Origin: Escherichia phage vB_EcoM_SQ17
Sequence record: MW882907
Length of the DNA: 64,000 nucleotides
Strand: one strand, 5' to 3'
The translations under genes were made by a program, and so were the position numbers. The notes under the pieces were generated by a model, which saw only the letters and a list, made by a program, of their open reading frames with translations, was not told where the DNA came from and ran no database searches. Shown one piece after another: positions 46,021 to 58,038 of this stretch (the first letter of the stretch is position 1; each line of letters begins with the position of its first letter).

Positions 46021-47753
46021 TGGAAATGATTAGCAGTAGCCTTAATTGGTTCGTGGGTGTTGTCGAGGACAGAATGGACCCGTTAAAACAAGGGCGAGTT
46101 CGAGTTCGAGTCGTTGGTCTTCATCCAGCGCAGAGAACACAAGGTGATGTACAAGGTATTCCTACAGAAAAACTTCCATGGATGACTGTTATTCAACCTA
46201 TTACGTCTGCATCAATGTCAGGTATTGGTGGTTCTGTTACAGGTCCTGTTGAAGGAACTCGAGTATATGGTCATTTCTTAGACAAATGGAAAACAAACGG
46301 GATTGTACTTGGTACATACGGCGGAATAGTACGTGAAAAGCCTAATAGACTTGAAGGTTTTTCAGACCCGACAGGCCAGTATCCGCGACGTTTAGGTAAT
46401 GATACGAACGTACTAAACCAAGGTGGTGAAGCTGGTTATTATTCGAACTCTAACGTAATTCAAGATAACAACTTGGATTATGGTATAAACCCAGACGATA
46501 CAGATTTAGCAAATATTCCAGAAGATGATGACCCTAATTTTACAATAACAGAAATGTTACGTCGTGACGAAGGTCTTCGTGATAAAGTGTATTGGGACCA
46601 TCTCGGATATCCTACAGTAGGTATTGGACACCTTATCGTAATGGAAAAGACCCGAGATATGTCTCGAATTAATAAATTGTTATCTGATCAAGTAGGGCGT
46701 GAAGTAACAGGAAATCCCGGGACTATTACATTAGAAGAAGCAACAGCGTTATTTGAGAAGGACCTTGCTAAGATGCAGAAAGACATTCGTTCTAATTCTA
46801 AAGTAGGTCCTGTTTATGCTAAAATGAACAGATCTCGCCAAATGGCATTAGAAAACATGTGCTTCCAGATGGGCGTTGGCGGTGTAGCAAAATTCAATAC
46901 TATGCTTAAAGCAATGGCCACAGGCGATTGGAAAACCGCATACAAATCCGGACGCGATTCGTTATGGTTCCAACAGACTAAAGGGCGTGCTTCACGTGTA
47001 ACAACAATTATTTTAACCGGTAACATGGAATCATACGGTGTTCCTGTTAAAACACCGCCTTCACCAGGAGTTGGTGCCGATTTAGTTACTAGAAATACCG
47101 ATCCAGAAGACCCGGCCGGTCCTCCTATTCCGTTAGATTCACGTATCCTTTTTAAAGAACCAGAATCAAGTTATCGTGGTGAGTATCCATACGTTCATGC
47201 TATGGAAACAGAAAGCGGTCATATCCAAGAATTTGACGATACTCCAGGTAATGAACGTTATCGCTTAGTTCATCCAACAGGGTCATATGAGGAAGTTTCT
47301 CCGTCGGGGCGTCGTACTCGTAAAACTGTAGAAGACCTTTTTGACATCACTAATGGCGATGGGAACTTCTTGATTTCCGGTGATAAACTTGTTAACGTTG
47401 GTGCTAATGAAATATATTATAACATGGCCGACCGCCTCCATCAAATAGACGGCAATGACACAATCTTTATTCGTGGTAACCAATCTAAAACTGTTGAAGG
47501 CGATGGAACTCTTTACGTTAAGGGCAATATCAAAATAGTTGTTGACGGAAATGCGGATATTCTTGTTAAAGGTGATGCTAAAACTCAGGTCGAAGGGAAT
47601 CATGATTACACCGTCAACGGAAACGTTAAATGGACTGTTAATGGTAATGTTGATATGACTGTTGCCGGGGATTGGGCAGAGACAATGTCTACAATGAGCT
47701 CAATAGCTTCAGGACAATACACTGTTGACGGATCTCGTATTGATATTGGGTAA
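46020..47753 (+). CDS. 5: baseplate hub / tail lysozyme gp5
   Basis: 577-aa ORF; central lysozyme domain (DEGLRDKVYWDHLGYPTVGIGHL) and C-terminal V-x-G-x beta-helix repeats. Confidence 0.9.
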   Translation: MEMISSSLNWFVGVVEDRMDPLKQGRVRVRVVGLHPAQRTQGDVQGIPTEKLPWMTVIQPITSASMSGIGGSVTGPVEGTRVYGHFLDKWKTNGIVLGTYGGIVREKPNRLEGFSDPTGQYPRRLGNDTNVLNQGGEAGYYSNSNVIQDNNLDYGINPDDTDLANIPEDDDPNFTITEMLRRDEGLRDKVYWDHLGYPTVGIGHLIVMEKTRDMSRINKLLSDQVGREVTGNPGTITLEEATALFEKDLAKMQKDIRSNSKVGPVYAKMNRSRQMALENMCFQMGVGGVAKFNTMLKAMATGDWKTAYKSGRDSLWFQQTKGRASRVTTIILTGNMESYGVPVKTPPSPGVGADLVTRNTDPEDPAGPPIPLDSRILFKEPESSYRGEYPYVHAMETESGHIQEFDDTPGNERYRLVHPTGSYEEVSPSGRRTRKTVEDLFDITNGDGNFLISGDKLVNVGANEIYYNMADRLHQIDGNDTIFIRGNQSKTVEGDGTLYVKGNIKIVVDGNADILVKGDAKTQVEGNHDYTVNGNVKWTVNGNVDMTVAGDWAETMSTMSSIASGQYTVDGSRIDIG

Positions 47754-47756
47754 TAT

Positions 47757-48272
47757 ATGGCACAAATACTTCCTTTAAATACCGACTTAGGAGAAGACAT
47801 GGAAGGGGCGTCTATTGACGTCCTTTTTACTCCACAGTTAGAAACAACCGAAACTTTAGTGTCAATAAATATAACAGATTATGAACCGACACAAGGCATT
47901 ACGGTAGATGGTAATCGTTTATATGGAACATATGAAAGTGTGTTTAGCTTTTCTTCGGATGCATTGAAATACCGATTAAATGATGATTTTGAAACCGCAT
48001 CTTCATGGGATGATTTACCAAAAGATGAATCCACACAGTTATATTTGTGGAGAGCTCCTCAGAATCTTCGTAAAGTGTTTAGTTATACGGTTGAAATGAT
48101 TTATAACTACCAAGAAGAAAGTTCATCAGGCGGTTCTAGAAGTGACTCTGCTACAGAACCTCCACCGGCTCCAGTACAAAAAACTCTTACTAAGGTTTAT
48201 ACAAAAACTATAGTAGGAAATTGGAGCAAATGGGCTCAACAATTACGAAACTATGTTTATGCGAGGCCATAA
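47757..48272 (+). CDS. 5.1: gp5.1-like protein
   Basis: 171-aa ORF immediately after gene 5. Confidence 0.6.
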   Translation: MAQILPLNTDLGEDMEGASIDVLFTPQLETTETLVSINITDYEPTQGITVDGNRLYGTYESVFSFSSDALKYRLNDDFETASSWDDLPKDESTQLYLWRAPQNLRKVFSYTVEMIYNYQEESSSGGSRSDSATEPPPAPVQKTLTKVYTKTIVGNWSKWAQQLRNYVYARP

Positions 48273-48274
48273 AA

Positions 48275-48568
48275 ATGTCTGGATTAAGTTACGACCAGTG
48301 CGTTACAACAGGTCATGAAGCATGGCCTCCTACAGTAATTAATGCTTCTCAATCTAAAGTATTCACCGGCGGTATTCCTGTTCTTGTAGCAGGAGACCAA
48401 ATAACACCTCATACAGAAATTAAAAAACCGTACGAGACTCATGGTGGTGTTACTGAACCTCGTACATCTAAAGTATATGTCACCGGTAAAAAGGCCGTTC
48501 AAATGGCTGACCCAATTTCATGCGGGGATACTGTTTCTCAGGCCTCGTCAAAAGTCTTTATAAAATAG
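48275..48568 (+). CDS. 5.4: gp5.4-like PAAR-repeat spike tip protein
   Basis: ATG at 48275: [48 protein letters not shown]... 97 aa, PAAR-like. Confidence 0.7.
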   Translation: MSGLSYDQCVTTGHEAWPPTVINASQSKVFTGGIPVLVAGDQITPHTEIKKPYETHGGVTEPRTSKVYVTGKKAVQMADPISCGDTVSQASSKVFIK

Positions 48569-48576
48569 GAATTAAA

Positions 48577-50547
48577 ATGGCAAACACTCCTGTAAATTAT
48601 CAGTTAGTCAGAACGGCGAATGCTATTCCCGAAATTTTTATCGGGGGCACATTTGCCGAAATCAAACAGAATATTATCGAATGGCTCAACGGACAGAATG
48701 AATTTCTTGATTATGATTTTGAAGGTTCGCGTTTAAACGTATTGTGTGACCTTTTAGCATATAACACTCTTTACATCCAACAGTTCAGTAATAGTGCAGT
48801 GTATGAAAGCTTTATGCGTACTGCAAACTTGCGTAGTTCCGTTGTACAAGCGGCTCAAGATAACGGATATCTGCCTGCATCTAAATCAGCAGCACAAACA
48901 GAAATTATGCTCACATGTACGGATGCATTAAATAGAAACTATATCACTATTCCACGTGGCACTCGTTTCTTAGCATACGCTAAAGATACTTCTGTTAACC
49001 CGTATAACTTTGTTTCTACTGAAGATGTCATCGTAGTTAAAGACAAAAATAACCAATATTTTCCACGTCTTCGATTAGCTCAAGGACGTATTGTTCGCAC
49101 TGAATTAACATTTGATAGATTAAAACCTATCATTATTCGTGATAAGAATATTGACCGTAATTTGGTTAAGTTGTATGTTGACGGAGCAGAATGGATTAAC
49201 TGGACTCGCAAATCGATGGTTCATGCTGGTTCTACTTCAACCATTTATTATATGCGAGAAACTGTTGACGGGAACACTGAATTTTATTTTGGTGAAGGTG
49301 AAATCTCTATTAACACATCAGAAGGTGCTTTAACATCCAACTACATTGGTGGCCTTAAACCTGTCCAGGGTTCTAAAATCGTAATTGAATATATTTCTAC
49401 TAATGGTGCTGAAGCAAATGGTGCAGTAGGATTCTCTTATGCTGATACATTAGCTAATATCACAGTTATTGGAATTAATGAAAACCCAAGTAATAACCCT
49501 GACTTCGTTGGTGCGGATGGCGGTGGCGACCCTGAAGATATTGAACGTATCCGTGAATTAGGTACAATTAAACGTGAAACTCAACAACGATGTGTGACTG
49601 CGACTGATTACGACACATTCGTCTCTGAACGATTTGGTTCTATTATTCAAGCGGTTCAGACATTTACGGATTCATCTAAGCCTGGGTACGCATTTATTGC
49701 TGCTAAACCTAAGTCTGGGTTATATTTGACTTCCGTCCAACGAGATGATATTAAAAATTATCTTAATGAGTATAACTTAGGGACGATAACTCCTGTTGTT
49801 ATTTCTCCTGATTATTTGTTTATTAAAATGAATATTCGCGTTACGTATGCATTGAACAAATTACAAGAATCTGAACAATGGTTAGAAGGCCAAATTATTA
49901 ATAAAATAGACCGTTATTATATTGAAGATGTAGAAATTTTTAACTCATCATTTGCAAAATCTAAAATGCTAACTTATGTCGATGATGCAGATATTTCTAT
50001 TATTGGTTCTTCAGCTACTATTCAAATGGTTCGCGAGGTACAGAACTTCTACAAAACACCTGAAACAGGTATTAAATACAATAACCAGATTAAAGATAGA
50101 ACATTAGAATCTAACGTGTTTTCATTTGATAGTTTACGCGTTGACCCTGAAACGGAAGCTACTATTAAATATGACGTTCGCATTGTAGGTTCAGATAGAA
50201 ATGACCGTGGCATTGGACAAGTTATTATTGGCCCGTTTGCAGATGGCGACGTTATAGAAAATGCTTATATTCAACCATATACTGGTGACGATTTTAATAA
50301 ACTTCATGTTACGGACGGAAGAAACAAATATTACTCTATAGGTGAAGTAAATTATCCGGCTGATTCAATTTATTGGAATATAGCTAAAATTGATTTAACT
50401 TCTGATAGGTTTGAAGTTCAAACTATTGAACTCTATTCAGACCCAGCTGATGATGTTATCTTTACTAAAGACGGGTCATTAATTGTATTTGAAAATGACT
50501 TACGTCCGCAATATTTAACCATAGATTTGGAGCCTATTTCACAATGA
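48577..50547 (+). CDS. 6: baseplate wedge protein gp6
   Basis: ATG at 48577: MANTPVNYQLVRTANAIPEIFIGG...; about 656 aa. Confidence 0.9.
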   Translation: MANTPVNYQLVRTANAIPEIFIGGTFAEIKQNIIEWLNGQNEFLDYDFEGSRLNVLCDLLAYNTLYIQQFSNSAVYESFMRTANLRSSVVQAAQDNGYLPASKSAAQTEIMLTCTDALNRNYITIPRGTRFLAYAKDTSVNPYNFVSTEDVIVVKDKNNQYFPRLRLAQGRIVRTELTFDRLKPIIIRDKNIDRNLVKLYVDGAEWINWTRKSMVHAGSTSTIYYMRETVDGNTEFYFGEGEISINTSEGALTSNYIGGLKPVQGSKIVIEYISTNGAEANGAVGFSYADTLANITVIGINENPSNNPDFVGADGGGDPEDIERIRELGTIKRETQQRCVTATDYDTFVSERFGSIIQAVQTFTDSSKPGYAFIAAKPKSGLYLTSVQRDDIKNYLNEYNLGTITPVVISPDYLFIKMNIRVTYALNKLQESEQWLEGQIINKIDRYYIEDVEIFNSSFAKSKMLTYVDDADISIIGSSATIQMVREVQNFYKTPETGIKYNNQIKDRTLESNVFSFDSLRVDPETEATIKYDVRIVGSDRNDRGIGQVIIGPFADGDVIENAYIQPYTGDDFNKLHVTDGRNKYYSIGEVNYPADSIYWNIAKIDLTSDRFEVQTIELYSDPADDVIFTKDGSLIVFENDLRPQYLTIDLEPISQ

Positions 50548-53500
50548 CAGTAAAAGCGCCAGCAGTCACGAGTCTCAGATTATCTAAATTGTCCGCAAAC
50601 CAAGTTCAAATTCGCTGGGATGAGGTTGGCGCTAATTTCTACTATTTTGTGGAAATAGCTGAGACCAAAACAGCTAATGGGGAAGCAATTCCCCGTAATA
50701 GCTATAGATGGACTAATTTAGGATATACCGCTGATAACAATTTCTTTGAGTCTGGTTTAAATTCATTAACAACATATATGATGCGTGTGGCTACAGCAGC
50801 GGAGGGATTTGAGCAGTCTGATTGGAGATACACCGAAGAGTTTGAAACATTTGAAATAAACGCTTATACATTCCAACATATGATTGAAATGCAATTAGCT
50901 AACGAGTTTATTTCTGAAAAATTTACAAAAAATAATACAAACTACGTTGATTTTAATAATGACACGATCATGGCAGCACTGATGAGCGAGTCGTTCCAAT
51001 TTAGTCCTGCATACACCGATGTGTCATCGATTAGAAATTTTATAATTGGCGAAAATCAGTATCATGAAATCCAGGGGCATATCCAAGATGTATGTAAAGA
51101 TATAAATCGAGTATATCTAATGGAATCTGAAGGAATTCTTTACCTTTTTGAAAGATTCCAACCTATTGTAAAAGTGTCTAATGATAAAGGCCAAACATGG
51201 AAAGCGGTTAAATTGCTTAATGACCGTGTAGGATATCCACTTTCACGAACTGTATATTACCAATCGGAATATACGACGTATTTGCTCGGCTATGATAAGA
51301 TTTTTTACGGGCGTAAATCATCCGATATTCGTTGGTCTGCTGATGATGTTCGTTTCAGTTCACAAGATGTAACATTTGCTAAAATCGGGGACCGATTAAA
51401 TTTAGGTTTTGATGTAGAGATTTTCGGTACATACGCGTCATTACCAGGAAACGTATCACGTATTGCAGAAGCTATTACTTGTAATGATGACTATGTTTAT
51501 ATTGCGGCCAGAGATAAAGTTCGCTTCGTTAAAACCAGTAACGCTCCTATTGATTCAGATCCATTATCTCCGACCTATTCCGAACGATTGTTTGAACCTG
51601 AGACGTTTACAATAACAGGCAACCCTAAAGCAGTTTGTTATAAAATGGATTCTGTTGGTGGAAGAATATTCGCTCTTATTATTGGTGAAGTCGAAAACGT
51701 TAATGATGACCCAAGAACAAAGCCTATTTTGGATTCCGTTGATAAAGGTGTATACGTTTTAGACCATGACGCTGGAACATTTAAAAGGATATTTGGTAAT
51801 ACCGAAGAAGAACGCCGTCGTATAGAACCGGCTTTCACCAATATGTCTACTGATGGTGCTGAGCTTTATATCTCTTCTAGTAATTTTAAATTTTTAGAAT
51901 CCGATATTGTTGACGACCCAGAAACGCAATCTAAGTATGAACTTTTAGGAGCAGTTAAGTATGAATATCCTAGAGAATGGCTCGCAGATAAACATTACCA
52001 TATGATGATTTTCGCATCAAACGAAGAAAGTAATTGGGAAACTTTTTCACCAACTCCTATGCAGTATTATGCAGAACCTTTCTTTAGTTATTCTAGAAAA
52101 TCAGGCACACGTTCTTGGATTAATAACTCTGATAGAGCGGTAGTGATTTATTCTGATTTGCTTTACACAAAGGTAGTGGAAAGCCACCCTAGCACTTCAC
52201 CTGATCGTAAAGTTCATGAATACTGGAATGATGGCGATTGTAAGATTGTTATGCCGAATATAGAATTCACTGGATTTAAAAAATACGCATCTGGTATGTT
52301 GTTTTATAAATCATCAGGTGAAATAATTTCATATTACGATTTTAGTTATCGTGTTAGAGATAACGTTTCTATAATTTGGAAGCCCACTAACGTATTTTTG
52401 ACCTCCTCATTACAAAACCAAGAAAAAGAAACTTCTTGGGTTCCTGTTGAAGAGACAGGTCTAGCAGACCCGGATTTACGCCCATTACTCACTACAATGA
52501 TGCCAGAGTCTTATCTGTTGGATAATACAAACTTTGAAGCATTTTGTGAAGCGTATATTCAATATCTTTCTGATGGATACGGGACTCATTATAATAACTT
52601 ATTGAATTTGATTAAAAATAAATACCCACGAGAAGAACATGCGTGGGAATATCTTTGGTCTGAAATTTATAATCGGAACATTTATTTGAATGCTGAGAAA
52701 CGTGATTTAGTTTCTAGGTTCTTTGAGTCCAGAAGTTACGATTTTTATTCTACTAAAGGAACTGAAGCGTCGTATAAGTTTTTGTTTAAAGTTCTTTATA
52801 ACGAAGACGTTGAAGTGGAAATTGAGTCATCTGCTGGAACAGAGTACGATATCATAATTCAATCTGATTCTATAAGTGAAGATTTGGTTGGACAAACTAT
52901 ATACACCGCTACAGGTAGATGTAATGTTACATATTTAGAAAGAAGCTATTCTAAAGGTAAATTACAATGGACTGTGACTATTCATAACCTTTTAGGTAGG
53001 CTTTTAGTCGGTCAAGAAGTAAAAGCCGAAAGACTAGCAGATTTTGAAGGTGAAATAGTTCGCGGTATTAAAGGTAAAGAACTTGCCCAAAACACTATTG
53101 ATTATTTTAATCGTGGTAGAGCTTATTACGTCATGAAAATAAAGTCAAATCTTCCATCCTCTCGTTGGAAATCTGACGTACTACGTTTTGTACATCCGGT
53201 AGGATTTGGATTTATTGCAATAACCTTATTAACAATGTTTATTAATACAGGATTAACGCTTAAACATGTTGAAACTATTATTAATAAATATAAAAATTAT
53301 AAGTGGGATTCCGGACTGCCTACGGAATATGCAGACCGCGTCGCTCGTTTAGACCCTCAAGGTAATGTAGAATTCAATCCTGTTACAGGTGAAGTAATTT
53401 ATGATGCCGGTCCTTATGCCGGTATCGAATACCCTTTACCTGCAAATTATAACGAAGAAAATGATAACTCTATTTTCCAAGGACAATTACCGTCCGAACG

Positions 53501-53642
53501 ACGCAAGCCAATGAGCCCATTATTTGATGCATCAGGTACAACGTTCTCTAGATTTAGAGAGCTTGTTAATGAAAGATTGTTAGATAACGTGGGAAATCCT
53601 AGAGACCCGATTAATCCACCACAGGTTAAATTAGATGAATGA
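50544..53642 (+). CDS. 7: baseplate wedge protein gp7
   Basis: 1032-aa ORF, ATGA overlap with gene 6; size identical to T4 gp7. Confidence 0.9.
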   Translation: MTVKAPAVTSLRLSKLSANQVQIRWDEVGANFYYFVEIAETKTANGEAIPRNSYRWTNLGYTADNNFFESGLNSLTTYMMRVATAAEGFEQSDWRYTEEFETFEINAYTFQHMIEMQLANEFISEKFTKNNTNYVDFNNDTIMAALMSESFQFSPAYTDVSSIRNFIIGENQYHEIQGHIQDVCKDINRVYLMESEGILYLFERFQPIVKVSNDKGQTWKAVKLLNDRVGYPLSRTVYYQSEYTTYLLGYDKIFYGRKSSDIRWSADDVRFSSQDVTFAKIGDRLNLGFDVEIFGTYASLPGNVSRIAEAITCNDDYVYIAARDKVRFVKTSNAPIDSDPLSPTYSERLFEPETFTITGNPKAVCYKMDSVGGRIFALIIGEVENVNDDPRTKPILDSVDKGVYVLDHDAGTFKRIFGNTEEERRRIEPAFTNMSTDGAELYISSSNFKFLESDIVDDPETQSKYELLGAVKYEYPREWLADKHYHMMIFASNEESNWETFSPTPMQYYAEPFFSYSRKSGTRSWINNSDRAVVIYSDLLYTKVVESHPSTSPDRKVHEYWNDGDCKIVMPNIEFTGFKKYASGMLFYKSSGEIISYYDFSYRVRDNVSIIWKPTNVFLTSSLQNQEKETSWVPVEETGLADPDLRPLLTTMMPESYLLDNTNFEAFCEAYIQYLSDGYGTHYNNLLNLIKNKYPREEHAWEYLWSEIYNRNIYLNAEKRDLVSRFFESRSYDFYSTKGTEASYKFLFKVLYNEDVEVEIESSAGTEYDIIIQSDSISEDLVGQTIYTATGRCNVTYLERSYSKGKLQWTVTIHNLLGRLLVGQEVKAERLADFEGEIVRGIKGKELAQNTIDYFNRGRAYYVMKIKSNLPSSRWKSDVLRFVHPVGFGFIAITLLTMFINTGLTLKHVETIINKYKNYKWDSGLPTEYADRVARLDPQGNVEFNPVTGEVIYDAGPYAGIEYPLPANYNEENDNSIFQGQLPSERRKPMSPLFDASGTTFSRFRELVNERLLDNVGNPRDPINPPQVKLDE

Positions 53643-54639
53643 TTCAAGTGTTGTCTATCGTGCGATAGTTACTTCAAAATTTAGAACTGAAAAAATGTTG
53701 AATTTCTACAATTCAATAGGTGATGGTGATAATAAAAACACCATCTTTATAACGTTTGGTCGGTCTGAACCATGGGCTGCTAATGAAAATGAGGTGGGCT
53801 TCGCCCCACCTTATCCTACAGATTCTGTTCTTGGTGTTACTGATATGTGGACCCATATGATGGGCACCGTTAAAGTTTTACCTTCAATGTTAGATTCTGT
53901 TATTCCTAGACGTGATTGGGGAGATGTGCGATATCCAGACCCTTACACGTTTAGAATTAACGATATAGTCGCATGTAATACTGCTCCGTACAACGCGACA
54001 GAAGTTGGAGCTGGTTGGTTAATTTACCGTTGTTTAGATGTCCCTGACGTAGGGCTCTGTTCAATAGAATCTTTAGATAATAAAGATGAATGTCTTAAAT
54101 TAGGTGGTAAATGGACTCCGTCTGTTAGGTCTTTAACCCCTCCTGAAGGCCGTGGAGATGCTGAAGGGATTATCGAAGTTGGTGATGGATATATATGGGA
54201 GTATCTTTATGAGATTCCACCTGATGTGTCTATAAACCGATGTACTAATGAATATATAGTCGTTCCATGGCCGGAAGAAGTTAAAGAAGACCCTGCTCGT
54301 TGGGGATATGAAAACAATCTAACCTGGCAACAAGATGATTTTGGCCTTGTGTATAGAGTTAAAGCAAACATAATTCGTTTTAAAGCCTATTTAGACTCAG
54401 TTTATTTCCCTAATGCAGCACTGCCTGGTAATAAAGGATTTAGACAAATTTCTATTATCACAAACCCCTTGGAAGCTAAACTCCGTCCTAATGACCCTAA
54501 TATAAAGGCTGAAAAGGATTATTATGACCCCAGAGATTTACAGCGTCATTCTGGTGAAATGATTTATATGGAAAACCGTCCACCTATTATTATGGCAATG
54601 GATCAAACCGAAGAGATCAATATTTTGTTTATGTTCTAA
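53635..54639 (+). CDS. 8: baseplate wedge protein gp8
   Basis: 334-aa ORF overlapping gene 7 end. Confidence 0.9.
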   Translation: MNDSSVVYRAIVTSKFRTEKMLNFYNSIGDGDNKNTIFITFGRSEPWAANENEVGFAPPYPTDSVLGVTDMWTHMMGTVKVLPSMLDSVIPRRDWGDVRYPDPYTFRINDIVACNTAPYNATEVGAGWLIYRCLDVPDVGLCSIESLDNKDECLKLGGKWTPSVRSLTPPEGRGDAEGIIEVGDGYIWEYLYEIPPDVSINRCTNEYIVVPWPEEVKEDPARWGYENNLTWQQDDFGLVYRVKANIIRFKAYLDSVYFPNAALPGNKGFRQISIITNPLEAKLRPNDPNIKAEKDYYDPRDLQRHSGEMIYMENRPPIIMAMDQTEEINILFMF

Positions 54640-54643
54640 TTTA

Positions 54644-54666
54644 GGGAGACTTCGGTCTCCCTTTCG
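54644..54666 (+). terminator. terminator-like hairpin after gene 8
   Basis: GGGAGAC-TTCG-GTCTCCC followed by TTTCG. Confidence 0.45.
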
Positions 54667-54668
54667 TG

Positions 54669-54676
54669 TATAAATA
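54669..54676 (+). promoter_or_regulatory. late promoter (TATAAATA) for gene 9
   Basis: Exact TATAAATA about 30 nt upstream of gene 9 ATG. Confidence 0.55.
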
Positions 54677-54701
54677 GTATAAACTATTAAGGATTAGCCA
54701 C

Positions 54702-55565
54702 ATGTATATTCAAACTCCAAAACAATTGATTGACGTTGGCGAAATTGGTAACGCTTCTACAGGCGATATCCTTTTTGACGGCGGTGTTAAAATAAACAAT
54801 GATATAAATGCTATTTACAATGCGTTTGGTGACCAACGAAAAATGGCAACTGCTAATGGGACAGGACCAAATGGACAAATAATCCATGCCACTGGATACT
54901 ACCAAAAAGGAGGCCCTACTGATTATTTCACCCCTGTTCCAGTAGGAAGTAGACATGACATAGATGCTTCTACCGGTGGTGTTATTGTTACTGTTGCTAG
55001 AGGTGAACTCGGCGATTCCGTGGAATTTATAAATTCAAACGGGTCAATTTCTGTAAACAACCCATTAAGTATCCAAGCATTAGATTCTATTAAAGGTGTT
55101 GCAGGTAATTTAGTTATAACTACACCTTATACTAAAGTTACTCTTCGTTGTATTTCTTCTGGTGCAGGCGGTTCAATATGGGATTATTCTACAGAAAGTA
55201 TGTTTAGTCATACCGAAATTCCTGTAGACGGGACATGGAATATTATTTCAGACTATGTCAATATTCCTCTATTTTATAAAACTGAATATAATGCTGCTAA
55301 ACTTTTGGTTACATGCCAATCTGCCAACGGCCGAAAAATTAAATCATGCGAAATAAATATTCTAATAGATACAATTAATTCAAGAGTTATTTCAACTGAA
55401 TACGCAGTGATGCGCGTTGGTAATGATAACGAAGAAGATGAAATTGCGAATATTAGTTTTTCGATAATTAACAATTTTGCCACTATGACAGTTTCTTCAC
55501 ATATAAATGGTCTTCGAGTGGCAGCTAAAGTTATTTCAACTCAGAAAATTAGGGTCGCTCAATAA
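54702..55565 (+). CDS. 9: baseplate wedge / long tail fiber attachment protein gp9
   Basis: 287-aa ORF MYIQTPKQLIDVGEIGNASTGDILFDGGVKINNDINAIYNAFGD... Confidence 0.9.
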   Translation: MYIQTPKQLIDVGEIGNASTGDILFDGGVKINNDINAIYNAFGDQRKMATANGTGPNGQIIHATGYYQKGGPTDYFTPVPVGSRHDIDASTGGVIVTVARGELGDSVEFINSNGSISVNNPLSIQALDSIKGVAGNLVITTPYTKVTLRCISSGAGGSIWDYSTESMFSHTEIPVDGTWNIISDYVNIPLFYKTEYNAAKLLVTCQSANGRKIKSCEINILIDTINSRVISTEYAVMRVGNDNEEDEIANISFSIINNFATMTVSSHINGLRVAAKVISTQKIRVAQ

Positions 55566-57379
55566 TGAAACAAAATATTAAAATTGGGAACGTCGTTGAT
55601 GACGGACAAGGCGATTACCTTCGTCGTGGTGGTGCAAAAATTAATGAAAACTTTGATGAGTTGTATTATGAATTAGGCGATGGCGAAGTTCCGTATTCCG
55701 CTGGTGCCTGGAAAACATACCATTCTTCAGATGGACTTAATTTAGCCGCTGAATGGGGTAAATCATACGCAATTGATACTTCAACAGGGCGTGTTTCTAT
55801 AAATTTACCTAAAGGAACAGTGGAAGATTATAATAAAGTAATTAGAGCCCGTGATGTATTCGCCACATGGAATATTAACCCTGTAACATTAATTGCCGCC
55901 AGTGGTGATACTATTAAAGGTTCTTCTAGCCCAGTAGAAATCAATGTGCAGTTTTCAGACTTAGAATTAGTTTACTGTTCTCCTGGGCGCTGGGAATACG
56001 TTAAAAATAAACAAATAGACAAAATTACTAGTTCTGATATTAGTAGTGTAGCTCGTAAAGAATTTTTAGTCGAAGTTCAAGGTCAAACTGATTTTCTTGA
56101 TGTATTTGGGTCTGTTTCTTATAATGTGAATAATATCCGTGTAAAACATCGTGGTAACGAATTATACTATGGTGATGAGTTCAGTGACAATAGTGACTTT
56201 GGTTCTCCAGGAGCTAATCCTGGAGAAATCGTTGCATTAGACGGTAAAAACATCCGTTTAAGACAACCATGTAATATTGGCGACACCGTACAAATTGAAA
56301 CCTTTTTGGATGGGATTACACAATTACGCAGTTCTTATTCTCGCCGCCAAATACGTATTTTAGATTCGAAATTAACAACCCGTCCTTCCTTAGAAGGAAG
56401 TGTATATGTCGCTGATTTGTCAACTTTGAAATCTATTCCTTTTTCGGCATTTGGAGTTAATCCTTCAGAACCGGTCAATACTAATTCTTTAGAAGTTCGT
56501 TTTAATGGTATTCTTCAAGAATTAGCTGGTACTGTTGGTTTACCTATGTTCAGATGTGAAGGTGCTGATGCGGAAACTTCTACCGAGTGTTCAGCTTTAG
56601 GTGGGACTTGGGTTACATCTAACACCGATTATTCTATTGAATATGATGATAACGATGCAACTATTGCACGTGCTTTAGTCTTTGACCGTAAGTTTGAAGA
56701 CCAAGACATTATTGATATTACATGGTTTAATAACGATTTAGGCACTTTATTAAGTATCGATGACATTTTAGATACAACTGATGAAAAGTATGTCGCACAA
56801 GGTGCAACCGTAAATGTGACCGGCGATGTGGCTTTGACCGATTTCAATAATATCGGATGGCCTAATGTAGAATCTGTTCCGGCATATAGCAGGGAATTCT
56901 CATCTATTGCAAATATTTTTAACACTATTTACCCTGTCGGTACTATTTACGAAAATGCAGTGAACCCTAATAACCCAGCCACGTATTTAGGATTTGGTTC
57001 TTGGAAATTATGGGGACAAGGAAAAGTATTAGTTGGATGGAACGACGATATTAGCGATCCTAATTTTGCATTAAATAATAACGACCTTGATTCTAGCGGG
57101 AATCCTACACATACCGCCGGTGGAACAGTCGGAACAACGTCTAACACACTAACTAATTCTGATTTACCTCCTACTCAAACTGACGAGAAAGTTCTTATTT
57201 CCGATGAGAACGGTACAATTATTATTGGTGGCTGTCAATACGACCCTGATGCAGAAGGTCCTATATACACCAAATACCGTGAAGGCCACGCCACAACGAA
57301 TAGTACACACATACCGCCTCAAGCCGTAAATAATATTCAACCGTCAATTACCGTATACCGTTGGGTAAGGATTGCATAA
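55565..57379 (+). CDS. 10: baseplate wedge / tail pin protein gp10
   Basis: 604-aa [44 protein letters not shown]...; N-terminus parallels gp9. Confidence 0.9.
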   Translation: MKQNIKIGNVVDDGQGDYLRRGGAKINENFDELYYELGDGEVPYSAGAWKTYHSSDGLNLAAEWGKSYAIDTSTGRVSINLPKGTVEDYNKVIRARDVFATWNINPVTLIAASGDTIKGSSSPVEINVQFSDLELVYCSPGRWEYVKNKQIDKITSSDISSVARKEFLVEVQGQTDFLDVFGSVSYNVNNIRVKHRGNELYYGDEFSDNSDFGSPGANPGEIVALDGKNIRLRQPCNIGDTVQIETFLDGITQLRSSYSRRQIRILDSKLTTRPSLEGSVYVADLSTLKSIPFSAFGVNPSEPVNTNSLEVRFNGILQELAGTVGLPMFRCEGADAETSTECSALGGTWVTSNTDYSIEYDDNDATIARALVFDRKFEDQDIIDITWFNNDLGTLLSIDDILDTTDEKYVAQGATVNVTGDVALTDFNNIGWPNVESVPAYSREFSSIANIFNTIYPVGTIYENAVNPNNPATYLGFGSWKLWGQGKVLVGWNDDISDPNFALNNNDLDSSGNPTHTAGGTVGTTSNTLTNSDLPPTQTDEKVLISDENGTIIIGGCQYDPDAEGPIYTKYREGHATTNSTHIPPQAVNNIQPSITVYRWVRIA

Positions 57380-58038
57380 TGACCATACTTAATACTAAAG
57401 CGGGAGTAATATCCCGCGAAGCAGATTTTTTAGGATTTAGAAAAAATCCTACTCAAATTGATATTTTAAACAACCAAGGCGTAGGTTCTGTAACCATTTC
57501 TCAATTGGCAAAAGGATTCTACGATGATAACGTAGAATCTGCAATAAACGATGTTCATAATATTGCTAGAGCAGATGTAGGAACAGTTACAATTAACACC
57601 TCAGGTGTATCTCCTGAAGGAACTTCACAGGTAGATTATTGGTCCTTTAGTGGAAGTGTAGCCGACCCTAGTTTGCCCGATGGAAGCCCTGTTATTGTAA
57701 AAGTTTACGGGCTTCCTGTTAATGCTACTGTAGGTATGACAGCCGACGAATTTGTTGTACAATTACGTACTACTCTCCGGAATGCGATTTCCGACCAATT
57801 GGCTATTGCAGAGTATAAAGATGACCCTACTGTTGGGACTAAATTACAAATAACATATTTAGATAACCAAAGACACGTACTCCCCACGTATTCCGCTTAT
57901 GGTATCACGGTTTCTCAAGAAATAGTGTCCCAGGCTAAGTCCGGGTACGGCACTTGGAATTTACTAGGTGCGCAAACCCTTACTCTTGACAACCATAATT
58001 CACCTACAACCTTTTATTATTTTGTGAGAACCGCATGA
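57379..58038 (+). CDS. 11: baseplate wedge / short tail fiber attachment protein gp11
   Basis: ATG overlapping gene 10 stop: [20 protein letters not shown]...; about 219 aa. Confidence 0.85.
   Translation: MTILNTKAGVISREADFLGFRKNPTQIDILNNQGVGSVTISQLAKGFYDDNVESAINDVHNIARADVGTVTINTSGVSPEGTSQVDYWSFSGSVADPSLPDGSPVIVKVYGLPVNATVGMTADEFVVQLRTTLRNAISDQLAIAEYKDDPTVGTKLQITYLDNQRHVLPTYSAYGITVSQEIVSQAKSGYGTWNLLGAQTLTLDNHNSPTTFYYFVRTA

Noticed and set aside
47350-47750. Short DNA repeats near the 3' end of gene 5 that could be read as origin iterons
   Set aside because: They coincide with the repeated V-x-G-x-x octapeptide units of the gp5 beta-helix, so coding repetition explains them; no independent evidence for an origin.
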